Below, piece by piece: positions 24,278-39,595 of a stretch of DNA of 43,362 nucleotides. This DNA comes from Azolla caroliniana. Its lineage: Eukaryota; Plantae; Polypodiophyta. The stretch is from positions 1 through 43,362 of the forward strand of contig JBHGNT010000264.1 in assembly GCA_043228905.1 (NCBI GenBank), in the 5' to 3' direction. Each line of letters opens with the position of its first letter. The stretch's first letter is position 1. A program made the translations under genes and the position numbers. Below the pieces are notes generated by a model. That model was not told where the DNA came from. It saw nothing but the letters and a program-made list of their open reading frames with translations, and did not search any database.

Positions 24278-24546
24278 GAGGTCGTTGCCTCTGTTGTAAC
24301 CGCCGCCTGTGGCGAAGATAGCAAGCTCGAGGTCGTTGCCTCGGTGCATTACTATTGTACATTATGATATAGTGATAGTTTGTAGTCTGTGGGCTACCGT
24401 GGTTTTTCCCTGGTTTGGGATTTCCACGTAAACATCATGTGTACTCTTCTCTTCACTGTGTTGTGCGTACATTACCCGTTTTTTGTGTTTTATCCTAAGC
24501 TCGGTTGTGGCCGAGCGTTGTTCATCCGGAGCGTGTGTTCCTGTCA
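23699..24546 (+). repeat. Copia 3' LTR with 6 full copies of the 40-bp repeat (23771-24010)
   Basis: Direct repeat of 18714-19627. Confidence 0.95.
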
Positions 24547-25537
24547 CGAAAGGCGGTCTTCCATTCATCTCCCAGTCGGATCCGCACGAAGTTATACGCT
24601 CCTCGTAGATCGATTTTTGTAAAAAACTTGGCACCATTAACTCACTCTAAAAGACTTGATATAAGAGGAAGTGCATACCTATTCCGAATGGTCACATTAT
24701 TTAAGCCACGGTAATCAACGACGAGACGAAGTGATCCATCTTTCTTCTTGACAAAGAAGATGGGTGCTCCGGCCGGAGATTTTGAATGACGAATAAACCT
24801 GCTTGCCAAATTCTCCTCTATGTAGGCTTGAAGGACTTCTAACTCGGTGAGTGACAAGTTGTAGATTGGTCCCCATGGTGGCTCTGCTTCTGGTTGTAAA
24901 TCATAGGGACAATCGTAGGGACCATGATGAGGAAGAGTACCGGCTTTTACCTTGTCAAATACGTCGACATAAGGATGATATTTCGCCAGAAGTTGCACTA
25001 AGGATTCCTCCTTAATATTGCTGGAAGGATGTACTAATATGGCAAATAGGAACATTGCCTCCTTGTGTCCTTCTTCGCGTAGTTGACGTAGTGAAATGGT
25101 CGAAACTCGATGAGTAGATTCTTGGGGTTGTCGATATCGAACTTCTCTTGTTCTCCAATCTATGTCTGGATTATGTAGTTCAAACCAAGGTAATCCCAAG
25201 ACAATGGGATGCTCTGGACTACTAATTATATTAAATGATACTACACACACAAAACTACCTATGACAACCTGAATGGGTTCTTACTCTTCTACAATATTCC
25301 CGGAAGCAATGGGACGACCATCAATGACTACTACAGATGCGGGGCAAGGAAGTTTTCTTAAGGATATCTAAGAAGCTTGGGCAAAATTTCGATCCATAAA
25401 ATAGGAATTGGCTCTGGTATCTAAAAGTGCTAGGACTTGTACTGGGGGAGTACTTTTAGTACTAACCATGACTTGGGCTAGGAACACATTGCTAACTTGC
25501 TTGGAGGTAATGGAACCACTAATGGGCTGTACAGATC

Positions 25538-25589
25538 TAGGGTTGTCCAGCCAAACGGCTCCTATTTTGGCTGGACTCAATTGTTTAAC
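25538..25589 (-). promoter_or_regulatory. Putative -1 ribosomal frameshift signal at the gag/pol junction
   Basis: G_TTA_AAC (25589-25583), 6-nt spacer, then an 11-bp stem GTCCAGCCAAA/TTTGGCTGGAC; pol is in the -1 frame. Confidence 0.7.
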
Positions 25590-25640
25590 TCTTCATCTAA
25601 TTGACTAAGGATTTCAAATTTGTTTGAGATACTTGGGCTA

Positions 25641-25728
25641 TTAGTACTATTAATACTATCATACACTCTATTAGTATTATTAATACTATCAGACACTCTA
25701 TTAGTATTATTAATACTATCAGACACTC
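25641..25728. repeat. 3 x 30-bp in-frame repeat in the gag tail (VSDSINNTNR)
   Basis: TTAGTA(C/T)TATTAATACTATCA(T/G)ACACTC, three copies. Confidence 0.88.
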
Positions 25729-26497
25729 CTAAGGGAAAAATTGACTCGGGTTTAGTACAGGCTATGATTTGATTTACCTGTCTTCTTGGCCTATGGGGAC
25801 CATTGATTGCGATATGCCCTGGTCCACTGCAATAAAGACATAATCGATATGCACGACGTCGTTGCTTTTCTTCTTCCGATAATGGGCCACGTCGACGCAT
25901 GGTGTCAATCTCCATCGGTGTCAGAGTATTTGCTTGAGGTACGTCGCGTGTGAACGCTTTAGCCGCAACTGAGGCGTATGTGAGCTCCGGCCGAGAGCGT
26001 GGTATTTGTAATTGACGTTCGGAACGTCATTCGAAAAGGCGGTTGTCACATCGGACCGCTCGACTGATTGCCTCCGTAAGAGATTTTGGTTCTTCAGGGA
26101 AGGTTAAAAGTAAATCTTTTACATCGTTTCGCAAGCCGTAGCGAAACTGCTCCATTAGTGCATGATCATCCCAGGGGATATCGGAGGCGAGTAGACGGAA
26201 ATCCGCCGCGTAGGTAGAGGCTGGACAATCGCCTTGACACAATCGTCGGATCTTGTTGATCGTTGTCCTGATGCTATCGGTGTCTCCAAAGCAAGCTTTA
26301 AACTCACTAATAAAATCTTCAAAGTTATTAAGCAAGGGCGATTGTTTTTCTAGAAGCAAAGCGAACCATGCTAAGGTTGAGCCACTAAGCAACGTGCCTA
26401 TTAGGCCGACTCGGGATGCATCAGTGGGGTATCGGGAAGGATGCATTTGGATGACTAATCGTACCTGATTAAGGAATCCCCTGAATTGCGATCACGT

Positions 26498-27202
26498 TGT
26501 CGTAGTGTATTCCACACACTACGTGAAAACCATAAAATAATATATCCGATTTTAGATACATATAAATAAATAAATAATATATCAAAACATTTATCACGTG
26601 CATAGGGCAAGATTCGAACCTTGCACCTCCACATAGATAAACCCCAACTTTACCATTATAATAACTTATCTTTAGTATTATACATATAGATTTAATACAT
26701 ATAAGACCTTTATTTACACATACCTTTATTAAAAGGTAAAAATCATGTATTCTTTAGGGTGTGAATATTTTATTTACACGTGACATTAAAAGTGACTCAT
26801 GCACATCTAGCGTGCATGAGCCCTATATTTAGGAAATAACAAAGCATCACATGCACATTTAGTGTGCATGGACACTTTTGGTGAAAAAGCATGAAGCCAT
26901 GCTTAGCCTCTTCCATCTCTATATAAGGAGGAGAGAAATATGTATAAGGTTGTTGATTAATATACAAGGATTGATCAATCTAATATATTCATGGGGATTC
27001 ACGAATTTTGCCATCTAAATTACTCTTATAAACTAAATATTGTTTTAAATACACTAAACTCGTGGGATTCACGAGATTGCTGTCTTACTTCTCTTTCTAC
27101 TATTCATAACTAGCCTTAAGTTGTATTCCTCTTCCTCCTAGTCCAAAACCTCGGCGGTTCCCACCCGACTCACGCAACGATCCGGAGCCGAAAGGCACGA
27201 CA
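26498..27202 (+). mobile_element. Solo LTR (family B) in gypsy gag
   Basis: TGTCGT...ACGACA termini; 4-bp TSD ACGT/ATGT; removing it restores the gag frame; TATATAA near 26919 suggests plus orientation. Confidence 0.85.
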
Positions 27203-27528
27203 ATGTTCCATCAAATTTCACAGGAAGTCCAATCTTCAGCTCTTTATGAAATCCTTGGGGACTTGATCCTTGTTGTTGCAATGTTGCTTCGAGTTGTTGT
27301 ACCCCTAACGCTAACTCCCCATGTTGTTGCTACGTTTGTTGTTTTTCTAGAGCGATTTGTTGCAGATACCCTATCAACCATTGGTTTTCTTGTTCCAAGG
27401 CAACAAATTTTTCTTTTAGGCATTGTAGCTCGAAGAAAACGGATTGATATTCTTGGGCACTAACAATAGCCATAGTATAGGGAAAAGGGTAGGAAGATGA
27501 GGGAGAACGACAAGTAAGCTTGAGGAGA

Positions 27529-27540
27529 AAATTGGTTCAA
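27529..27540 (-). other. Self-priming PBS (Tf1-type)
   Basis: Minus strand TTGAACCAATTT is complementary to AAATTGGTTCAA in the LTR, about 33 nt downstream of the TATA start; no TGG tRNA-type PBS. Confidence 0.75.
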
Positions 27541-27542
27541 AC

Positions 27543-27910
27543 TATCTTGAATAGTACTAAAGCATAGAGAGAATTAGTACTAAAGAAGAGAAGTACTATT
27601 AGTACTAAGAGGACGGGACTGCGTAAGATTCCCGAGAGAGAGAGGGGAGAGGAGAGAGAGAGACAGATAGTGAGGATAAGAGAGAGAGAGAGAGAGAGAT
27701 GATTATAACAACTAATATATTATGTGAAGGATAAGTACAAAATGGCTAAGAGGCTTAAGACTGGCGTTGAACCAATTTGGTTCAAAACAATGCCTTTTAT
27801 AGTGCTCTCAAGAGTAGTCCTGAAGCTTCTAGAATGTTCCAGAGAAATTTGGAATATACATTAATTTCTTATAATATAACATAAATGAAAATAATATCCT
27901 ACACATTACA
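27543..27910 (-). repeat. 5' LTR of Tcn1-like element, outer 75 bp missing
   Basis: Matches 15764-16135; joins directly to LINE-b ORF1. Confidence 0.88.
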
Positions 27911-28834
27911 AGAGGGGCATGGGGTAGATAACTGCCAAGAGAAACTAGCCTCAAATTGTATGGGTGTAAGGGCACAATGGGAAACAAGAGACAATCAATG
28001 GATGAATGTAAAGGCTAAGCATGGGTGTGAGACACATACAGTGCTTATGCAAGAGACATGCCTCACCCCTAATGCGTACAATGCGTTGGACATAGAAGCT
28101 GATATACAAGAGCAGCCAACACCCACTACTAAGATAAGGGAGAAAAATGTTGGTAGTATCCAGCCAAATGATGGGTGTGTCACTAGAACATTTGCTTCGA
28201 AAAGAACATTACATTCACGAAAATTGGATAATGTTGTCACGATAAGAATGTGTGGGATGTTGAAGGAGGATACCAGAAGTGGTGGTTTTTCAATACTTGA
28301 TTATGCAACCCCCTTTGGGCATGATTTTACAAAACATTTGGGTGTTAAGAATGTTCATGAACCCACTGCAATAAGGGTCCATGTTTTATTTAGACAAAAG
28401 CAAGTGGAAAGCCCATTTGTCAGTTATTCCTTTCCATTATGTAGTTATGAGAGAAATGTATGGAATCAACCGAATGTTATGTTGGCCATGAGAGGACAAG
28501 TTTTGCATTTTTTTAAATATGTGCAAAACCTTCAATTGGAGAATGCAAGTTGTTCAATGGTTCCATATTTGGATGCAATGAACCGCAAGTATGTTGTATT
28601 GGATGTACCTTCAGACATATTGTTTGATTTTGCGTATGTTTATATTCATGAAGATGAGGTACTAGAAAGCCAACCCAAGGCTCGGGCCCATTATCATTGA
28701 CGTTTCAGTAAAGACTGTTGTGACATGCTCAAAGGCCAAATGGTGATTATGGGAGATGGGGGGGGCGTAAGTTCCATGGAACCATCCTCTAAGACTCGTA
28801 GGCTCGGGTCTAGTTCGGCCTCTAGCAGTTGTTA

Positions 28835-28835
<1 letters not shown>
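27911..28835 (+). pseudogene. LINE-b ORF1, C-terminal part (half zinc knuckle plus extra domain)
   Basis: EGHGVDNC knuckle remnant; frame runs with one internal stop to TAA 28833-28835. Confidence 0.8.
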
Positions 28836-33998
<5,163 letters not shown>

Positions 33999-35000
33999 CT
34001 TGGTTATGGAGTGGTGGAGTGTTGATACTATTTATCCTTGAGGGAGGGGACTTAAGGAAGAATGCAACATACCAATGGTAGCTTGACGGTAGGTCAACTT
34101 TATTGCAATAATTGCTTATCACTAATGAAAGGATATTTTCTAGGAAAAAAATAAAAAAATGACACATTTCCCCTTCTGGGATGATGTTCCAAGCGTTGGC
34201 TTAGATGAAGGACCATGTTTGTTTGGACCATCAACTACCAACAAGAAATGTATGTGGAAGGACAATCTATAGTTGCTTTATGTGTTGTTTGGCCACTTTG
34301 TATATAAGTTGATAGCCCCACTTGAACTTGTTGTAGTCAGAGTAGATAATCTTCTACGCTAGGATTATTGGGAACTTCAAGGATCCCCAACCATGTCCAT
34401 CAAGGATGATGACCAATGTATATGAGGAATGATCTCACCTTAATTGAGAAATGTACAAATTATTGTATGGAAGCTCAAAAGGATGTATAATGTTGGTCTA
34501 ATCATCTTGTTTATAGCTAATAAAACATCGAATATGTTTTGCTCCAACGTTTGATTTGTACACACATGTTGATAATTGGTATGTTAATGATGGTGTCAAG
34601 AAAGTTTGCAATACATTTTGAGTAATGAAAGTAAATATTAGCAATATTTTGAGATAAGTCATGAACCACAAGCACTAATAACATTATTTGGAAAACCACG
34701 ATATTAAAAAAGCTCATGCATAACATGGAGATTTGTTTCTTCGTTAATTATGCCCTTATTACATTGTAAGAAGTGGATCATATTTGTAAATCATCAACCA
34801 CGGCCAAAATAATGTTAAAGCTCTTTCAAGGTGAGATATGTAGTAGAGTCTAAACAAATAAATTGCCATGGTCTTATTGGAGTTGGTAATTGTTGTAAGC
34901 CATACGGGTGATGCCAATGCATTTTCATTCGACAACATGTATCGCATGTACAAATCTATTGTGTCGATAAAATTGCAAAGATAGGCCAACAGTGAATGAC

Positions 35001-35146
35001 TCCCTTAACCTTCCAACATTGGGCAGGTGTCAACACCCATACACGATCTTACAACTTTGCGGAGACTTGTGTTTTTGGTAAATAGTCGCCAAGGCCAGGT
35101 CACTACGACCCCCTTTGTGAGAAGGCACCCTTCTCCTGAAGTTACG
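35001..35146 (-). pseudogene. rrn23: Plastid 23S rRNA fragment (NUPT)
   Basis: Plus strand follows the recalled reverse complement of plastid 23S (...ACCTTCCGGCACTGGGCAGG...TTTGCGGAGACCTGTGTTTTTGGTAAACAGTCGCC...CTTCTCCCGAAGTTACG) with mostly C>T/G>A changes. Confidence 0.85.
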
Positions 35147-35566
35147 AGCCACCAAAATGACCACATAACAAATTCTAATGTCTTATGAATCCCAAATGTA
35201 TAACCATATAAGCATCATGACAATGCTCTAACACTTTGAGGCAAAAGGGCCCCTTTGGATATATAGAAGACCTTTGTAATGTCCATTCCGCTACTTGAAT
35301 TCTTTATAATTCACATGTAGGTTTTGTGTTTTTCAACAAGAAGCGTGGCTTGGACCAACATGATCCAAAAATTCTTGCGCAAAAACATCTATCTCAAGAA
35401 TTCTTGAATCTTGCAACATCTTAAAAACTTTAGTTGCTTGAAGTTACACTGACCTCAAAAGAATCAACTTCTTATGGTCAAAGGTAGATTCACCGAGTCC
35501 AAGTATAAGGTACGAGCAAAAGCTCATGATAAAGCATGTTTTTTCCTTGTTGTGTACCATGCCGAT

Positions 35567-35967
35567 TGTAAAGAATCAAGAGATGGATTCTATGCAGTGA
35601 AATAGATATGAGTTGTGTATGTGTATGAGAGAGTGAGTGAGTGAGTGAGTGAGTGAGAGAGACAAGGAGTAAGACATAGAGAATACGCAAGGTAAAGTAT
35701 ATTAACAAAGGAGAAAGACTTAACAACATACAAGTTGGGAGGAGGGTGCTTTATATAGTCACCCTCTCTCTTCATTAACTACAAGACTCATGGAGCATGG
35801 GGAATGTGAAAGCTCATAAGTTATGTGTCATAGAATATGAATCTATGACTCATACTAAATGCTAGAATACAAAGTGGTGACATAATGGTGACTCTTGACC
35901 GTTTGAGTGTCTATTCACTCTCAAGGTGAGTTCACACACTAGACCAACTTGAGCTTGATTCTCAACA
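35567..35967 (-). mobile_element. Solo LTR (family C) in the gypsy relic
   Basis: TGTAAAGAATCAAG...CTTGATTCTCAACA terminal inverted ends; 5-bp TSD CCGAT/CCAAT; removal restores FDFKIKY|RHGTQQGK. Confidence 0.82.
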
Positions 35968-38900
35968 CCAATATTTAATCTTGAAATCAAAATGAGTGAG
36001 AAAATGTACTCAACAAGCTTGTTGCTTAATTAGAACTAGAACATTTGGAAACTATATAAGATTCCTATGATTATTATACACAATGACTTGAAGAGGAGAT
36101 CCTTCTAAAACTTTACGCCATTGCCTACAATCAACAATGGTGGCCAAGAGTTCTTTATCATGAACTTCGTAGTTTATCTCAACAATTTCAACTTTTTGCG
36201 AGTGAAGAACTATTGGATGCAAATGTCCACATCTCTTAGTTATGATAGGACACTCCTACTAAGATATTTTTTAGGTATGATAGGGCACTCCTAAGAGCAA
36301 AATCAGATGCATCAACTTCAATTCAAAATGGTTTATTTAAATTAACATCAATTAGAATAGGCGTCGATGTAACTACTTGTTTAGAATCAATAAATGTTTT
36401 TTTGCCTCAGTAGACTATACAAATGGTTAATTTTTAATTGCAAGTTCTATGAGAGGCAAATAAATCTTTGTGTGAAAAATCACAAACCCTAAAAACACTA
36501 GACATATAGCATAGAACATGAGAATTGTCAATCTAGCATATTTTGAACTTTAGTTGTATCCATCTAGATATCAATAAATGAAATGACATAGCCCAATAAT
36601 TCTCTTTTGTTATCATCAAAGCAACACCTCTCTAGTTTTGCATAAAGGCCTCCAAAGTTGTTGTACAACACTTTGCAAACGTGGACATCATGCTTCTCTT
36701 GTGTTTTGGAATAGACTGATATATCATTTAGGTAGATGATTAAGAAGATGTCCAAAAAACATTGAAAAATGTCGGTGCATTTGTAGGACCAAAGGACATG
36801 ATTGTGTGTTCGAAATGACCTGAATGTCCGTCTTCCCCCTATCACTTATACGAATCCAAACAAGGTTGTATGTGCCTCGTAGATTGATCTTTGAGAAATT
36901 GTTAGCTCCATTAAGATGATTCGAGATATTGGAAATCAAAGGTAGAGCATGTATTAAGGTGTACTTGATTTACAAATCCTCAAAACTAAGATTGAATATC
37001 ATCAAACTTTCATGGTGAATTGAGCTTTTGTTCCTTGTGAGGGCTTTTGAAACTTAACTATCGTTGCTACAAAGATAATAGAGTGCTTCAAGTTGTAAAA
37101 TCTATTTCGATAGTTCGCAATGTTTTGGTGCCTTTTCCACACTTAGTCATTGTAAGTCTCCCAACAATCATTAGTTCCCTTGCTCCAATGCCACAACTTT
37201 GGTTGATAGACAATCAAGTTCAAAGAGAATGTGCATGTACTCTTCATTGTTAAGGACTCCTTTGTGACAACGAAGCTTCGAAAAACTCTCAAAAGAAAAA
37301 GATGGTAAATTTAATTTAAATTGTGAGGGTCCTAGCTAATAATAGGATGGAATGCTAGAAGAGAATACACAATGAAGGTAGAAATAAGAGGATAATGAAA
37401 CTTTATTAACAATAAGACCAAGATTACAAGATTATGTTGACAATTGTTGTCGAATCAAAATGGTTCATCAATTACCAAGGTACCCTCTTATATAACATTA
37501 TTGTATTCGTGCATGCATGCCACCTTGCATCCATGCATGATCACTACTTTTCATTCATGCTAGGATGTCGTTTGGTGATCATGTGTTACCATGTGCAAGG
37601 TGAGTTCAAATGTTATGAGAAATTATAATAAACATTGTTGGCTAAACTTTTAGATAAATATAATAGGGTTTGTGGGCTGAAATCTCTTCATGGCCTTTTT
37701 GGATGACATGTTGTATATATATTTGGTATTTTGCATAGATTTTCACGACATTAAGTATGCAAAATGACCAATTTACTACTCGGTGAAATCGTGCTCTGAT
37801 TCTTTTCACACTAGTGTTGCCTTAAAATTCAGATTTCTGAAAGTACACCTAGGAGAACAATGAGTACCATAATTTTTCTTTACACCTTGTATGGGAATAG
37901 TCCTAAATAGGAACTCTCAACATTATCAAATTATGTAGACAACAACGATGCCCGGAATAATCTAGGTTAACCCAACACAAGCATTATTGTTGACTAAGGT
38001 TATCATAACGCTCTCACTCATTTGACATGGCAATGCTAACTATCGGTCGGGATCGTCTTTAGTATTCTCACAATGTTCTAAGTTAGTAATGTACCATGAT
38101 GTGGTTGCCTCATCTCCACCATAACACTTTGTTCCAAATAGGTACATCCCATTTACAATAGCTAGCATTTCAACCCAATTCATGATAGAATCATGGTTAA
38201 TGGAGGAAGTAGTCGTGCTAATAGAAAAGGTAGCAAGTTTTGAGAGTGCAATTTGAATATTTTATTCACGAGAACAAAGGATCAAATGGTTCAACAAACA
38301 AAAAAAATACACATAATTCTTGGAAGGTTGGAAAAATCCACGAATATTAATTGACGATTAGTTTAAGATGACACTTGAGGCAAACAATCAATTTAAAACA
38401 ATAATCAAACTAGACAAAGCTTGTAATTCTCTACGTCCACAACCTAAGAATAACAATGGAGGAAGTATTGTAAGGGATTTTAGACAACTAGTGTGGCTTT
38501 TCCTAAATTAAATGAAATGGACACAATCTTGACATCCATGTACCAAGATTTGAAGCCAAATGGAGGTGAAGGGGATTTCGATCAATAGTTACAAAAAAGA
38601 AAATAACATGATATACAGTTTGGGGTTGATTTAATGCGTATGATATATTTACTTTGTTTGAACTTTCCCCCGGAACTATGCGTTTTTGCGGAAGCCTTTT
38701 CGTTGTTTCTAGATCGTATGGTTGATTGCTCTTCGTAGAGTTATTTACTTAGGTTATGAGGGCCTACACTTGGTCCGACCAAAGATCGATCAACTCTAAA
38801 ACAAGCTCACATGGATAGATGCTACAGGGCCACCGACATACTCAACAAGGTCTTTCAAGAACGTCATCTCATTTAGAAATATACCCCACATGATTACAAA

Positions 38901-39207
38901 TCTCAAAACATTCATATGGATAGATAGATAGAACGAACTAAGAGAGAAAGCAAACAAAATATGTATGTATGTAGTAGGATGGTTCCCCGAGTCAAAACTT
39001 ACCGTGGTAGATTAAACTTATTTTCTCATGTAAAGTTTCAGGTTTTTGAAAAATTGGTAATCATTATTAATTATTAAATAAATGGGTCGTTATTATTATA
39101 ATAATTATTTATTTTTGACAAAAACTAGATGGGAGTCCTTCAGACTTCTTCATTCATTGACCGGCGGACGGACGGACGGACACGCACGCGATGTCCCGGT
39201 GCTGGTG

Positions 39208-39269
39208 CTCACGTGACACGGGGGGGAGACACGTGTCATCACGTGACGGGGGGAAGGGCGTCACGTGAT
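39208..39269 (+). promoter_or_regulatory. Cluster of four G-boxes (CACGTG)
   Basis: CACGTG at 39210, 39230, 39240 and 39262, about 330-390 bp upstream of the DUF936 ATG. Confidence 0.7.
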
Positions 39270-39342
39270 TTCACACATAGCCTCCCCCTCCTGTCCACAT
39301 CATCCAATTTCCCAACGGCTTTCTTCTTCCTTCCAAATTTCA

Positions 39343-39345
<3 letters not shown>

Positions 39346-39386
<41 letters not shown>

Positions 39387-39422
39387 GTCTCACAGTCTCT
39401 GTCTCTGTCTCTGTATCTGTCT
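39346..39422. repeat. (CT)n/(CA)n/(CTCTGT)n microsatellites at the probable TSS/5' UTR
   Basis: Seen directly. Confidence 0.8.
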
Positions 39423-39595
39423 GCACCATCAATCCATCAGTGAGCGAAGAAGACGACAGACAGAAGCGAGCACAGAGCAGAGCCACCATTCATTTCCCTT
39501 CCAATTCATGAAAGCTCCTCAGCTCTGATCTGCTTCCATCCCTAGAGCCTTCCTTCCTTTTCCTTCCATCGCTCCTCCATCGCCCGAAGGCCATC

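Larger units (their letters stand above)
18714..24546 (+). mobile_element. Complete Ty1/copia element (Tnt1/Tork-like)
   Basis: LTRs 18714-19627 and 23699-24546 (TG...CA); TSD CGAAA at 18709-18713 and 24547-24551; PBS and PPT present; gag-PR-IN-RT-RH order. Confidence 0.96.
16224..25580 (-). pseudogene. pol: Gypsy pol (PR, RT, RNase H, integrase, chromodomain), split by the copia at 18714-24546
   Basis: LLDTRANSYFMD (PR); [20 protein letters not shown] and IYLDDLL (RT); [10 protein letters not shown]...[10 protein letters not shown] (RH); H-H-C-C, DFIT, SDRGPQF, HPQTDGQVE, LGPF (IN); YLVDWLGY...TWEP (chromodomain). Confidence 0.93.
25577..27473 (-). pseudogene. gag: Gypsy gag, split by a solo LTR
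   Basis: MAIVSAQEYQ...KIGLPVKFDGT|SQFRGFLNQVRL...QFRYGLRNDVKD...PMEID...LCLYCSGPGHIA. Confidence 0.9.
15764..27910 (-). mobile_element. Ty3/gypsy chromovirus (Tcn1/Tf1-sushi-like), decayed, with nested copia and solo LTR
   Basis: LTRs 15764-16210 and 27543-27910; gag-PR-RT-RH-IN-chromodomain order; PPT and self-complementary PBS. Confidence 0.92.
34230..36950 (-). pseudogene. Highly decayed second Tcn1-like gypsy pol relic (RT-RH-IN)
   Basis: ALPLISN...FSKINLRGTYNLV, IIYLNDISVYS, FLTHFDFKI, FGIHKTLEFVMWSFWW, CDTCCRMK...PIRPWQFICLD align with the pol at 16224-25580. Boundaries approximate. Confidence 0.8.

Noticed and set aside
27166-27177. CCGACTCACGCA shared between solo LTR B and family A LTR (448-459)
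   Set aside because: Only 12 nt and in opposite orientation relative to LTR polarity; likely chance.
37738-37816. Helitron 3' end (CTAGT with upstream inverted repeat)
   Set aside because: The inverted repeat is loose and too far from CTAG; no supporting 5' end or RepHel remnant.
36950-39100. Further TE remnants or short ORFs in the AT-rich region
   Set aside because: Some LTR-like features, but no paired ends, TSDs or recognisable protein motifs could be established.
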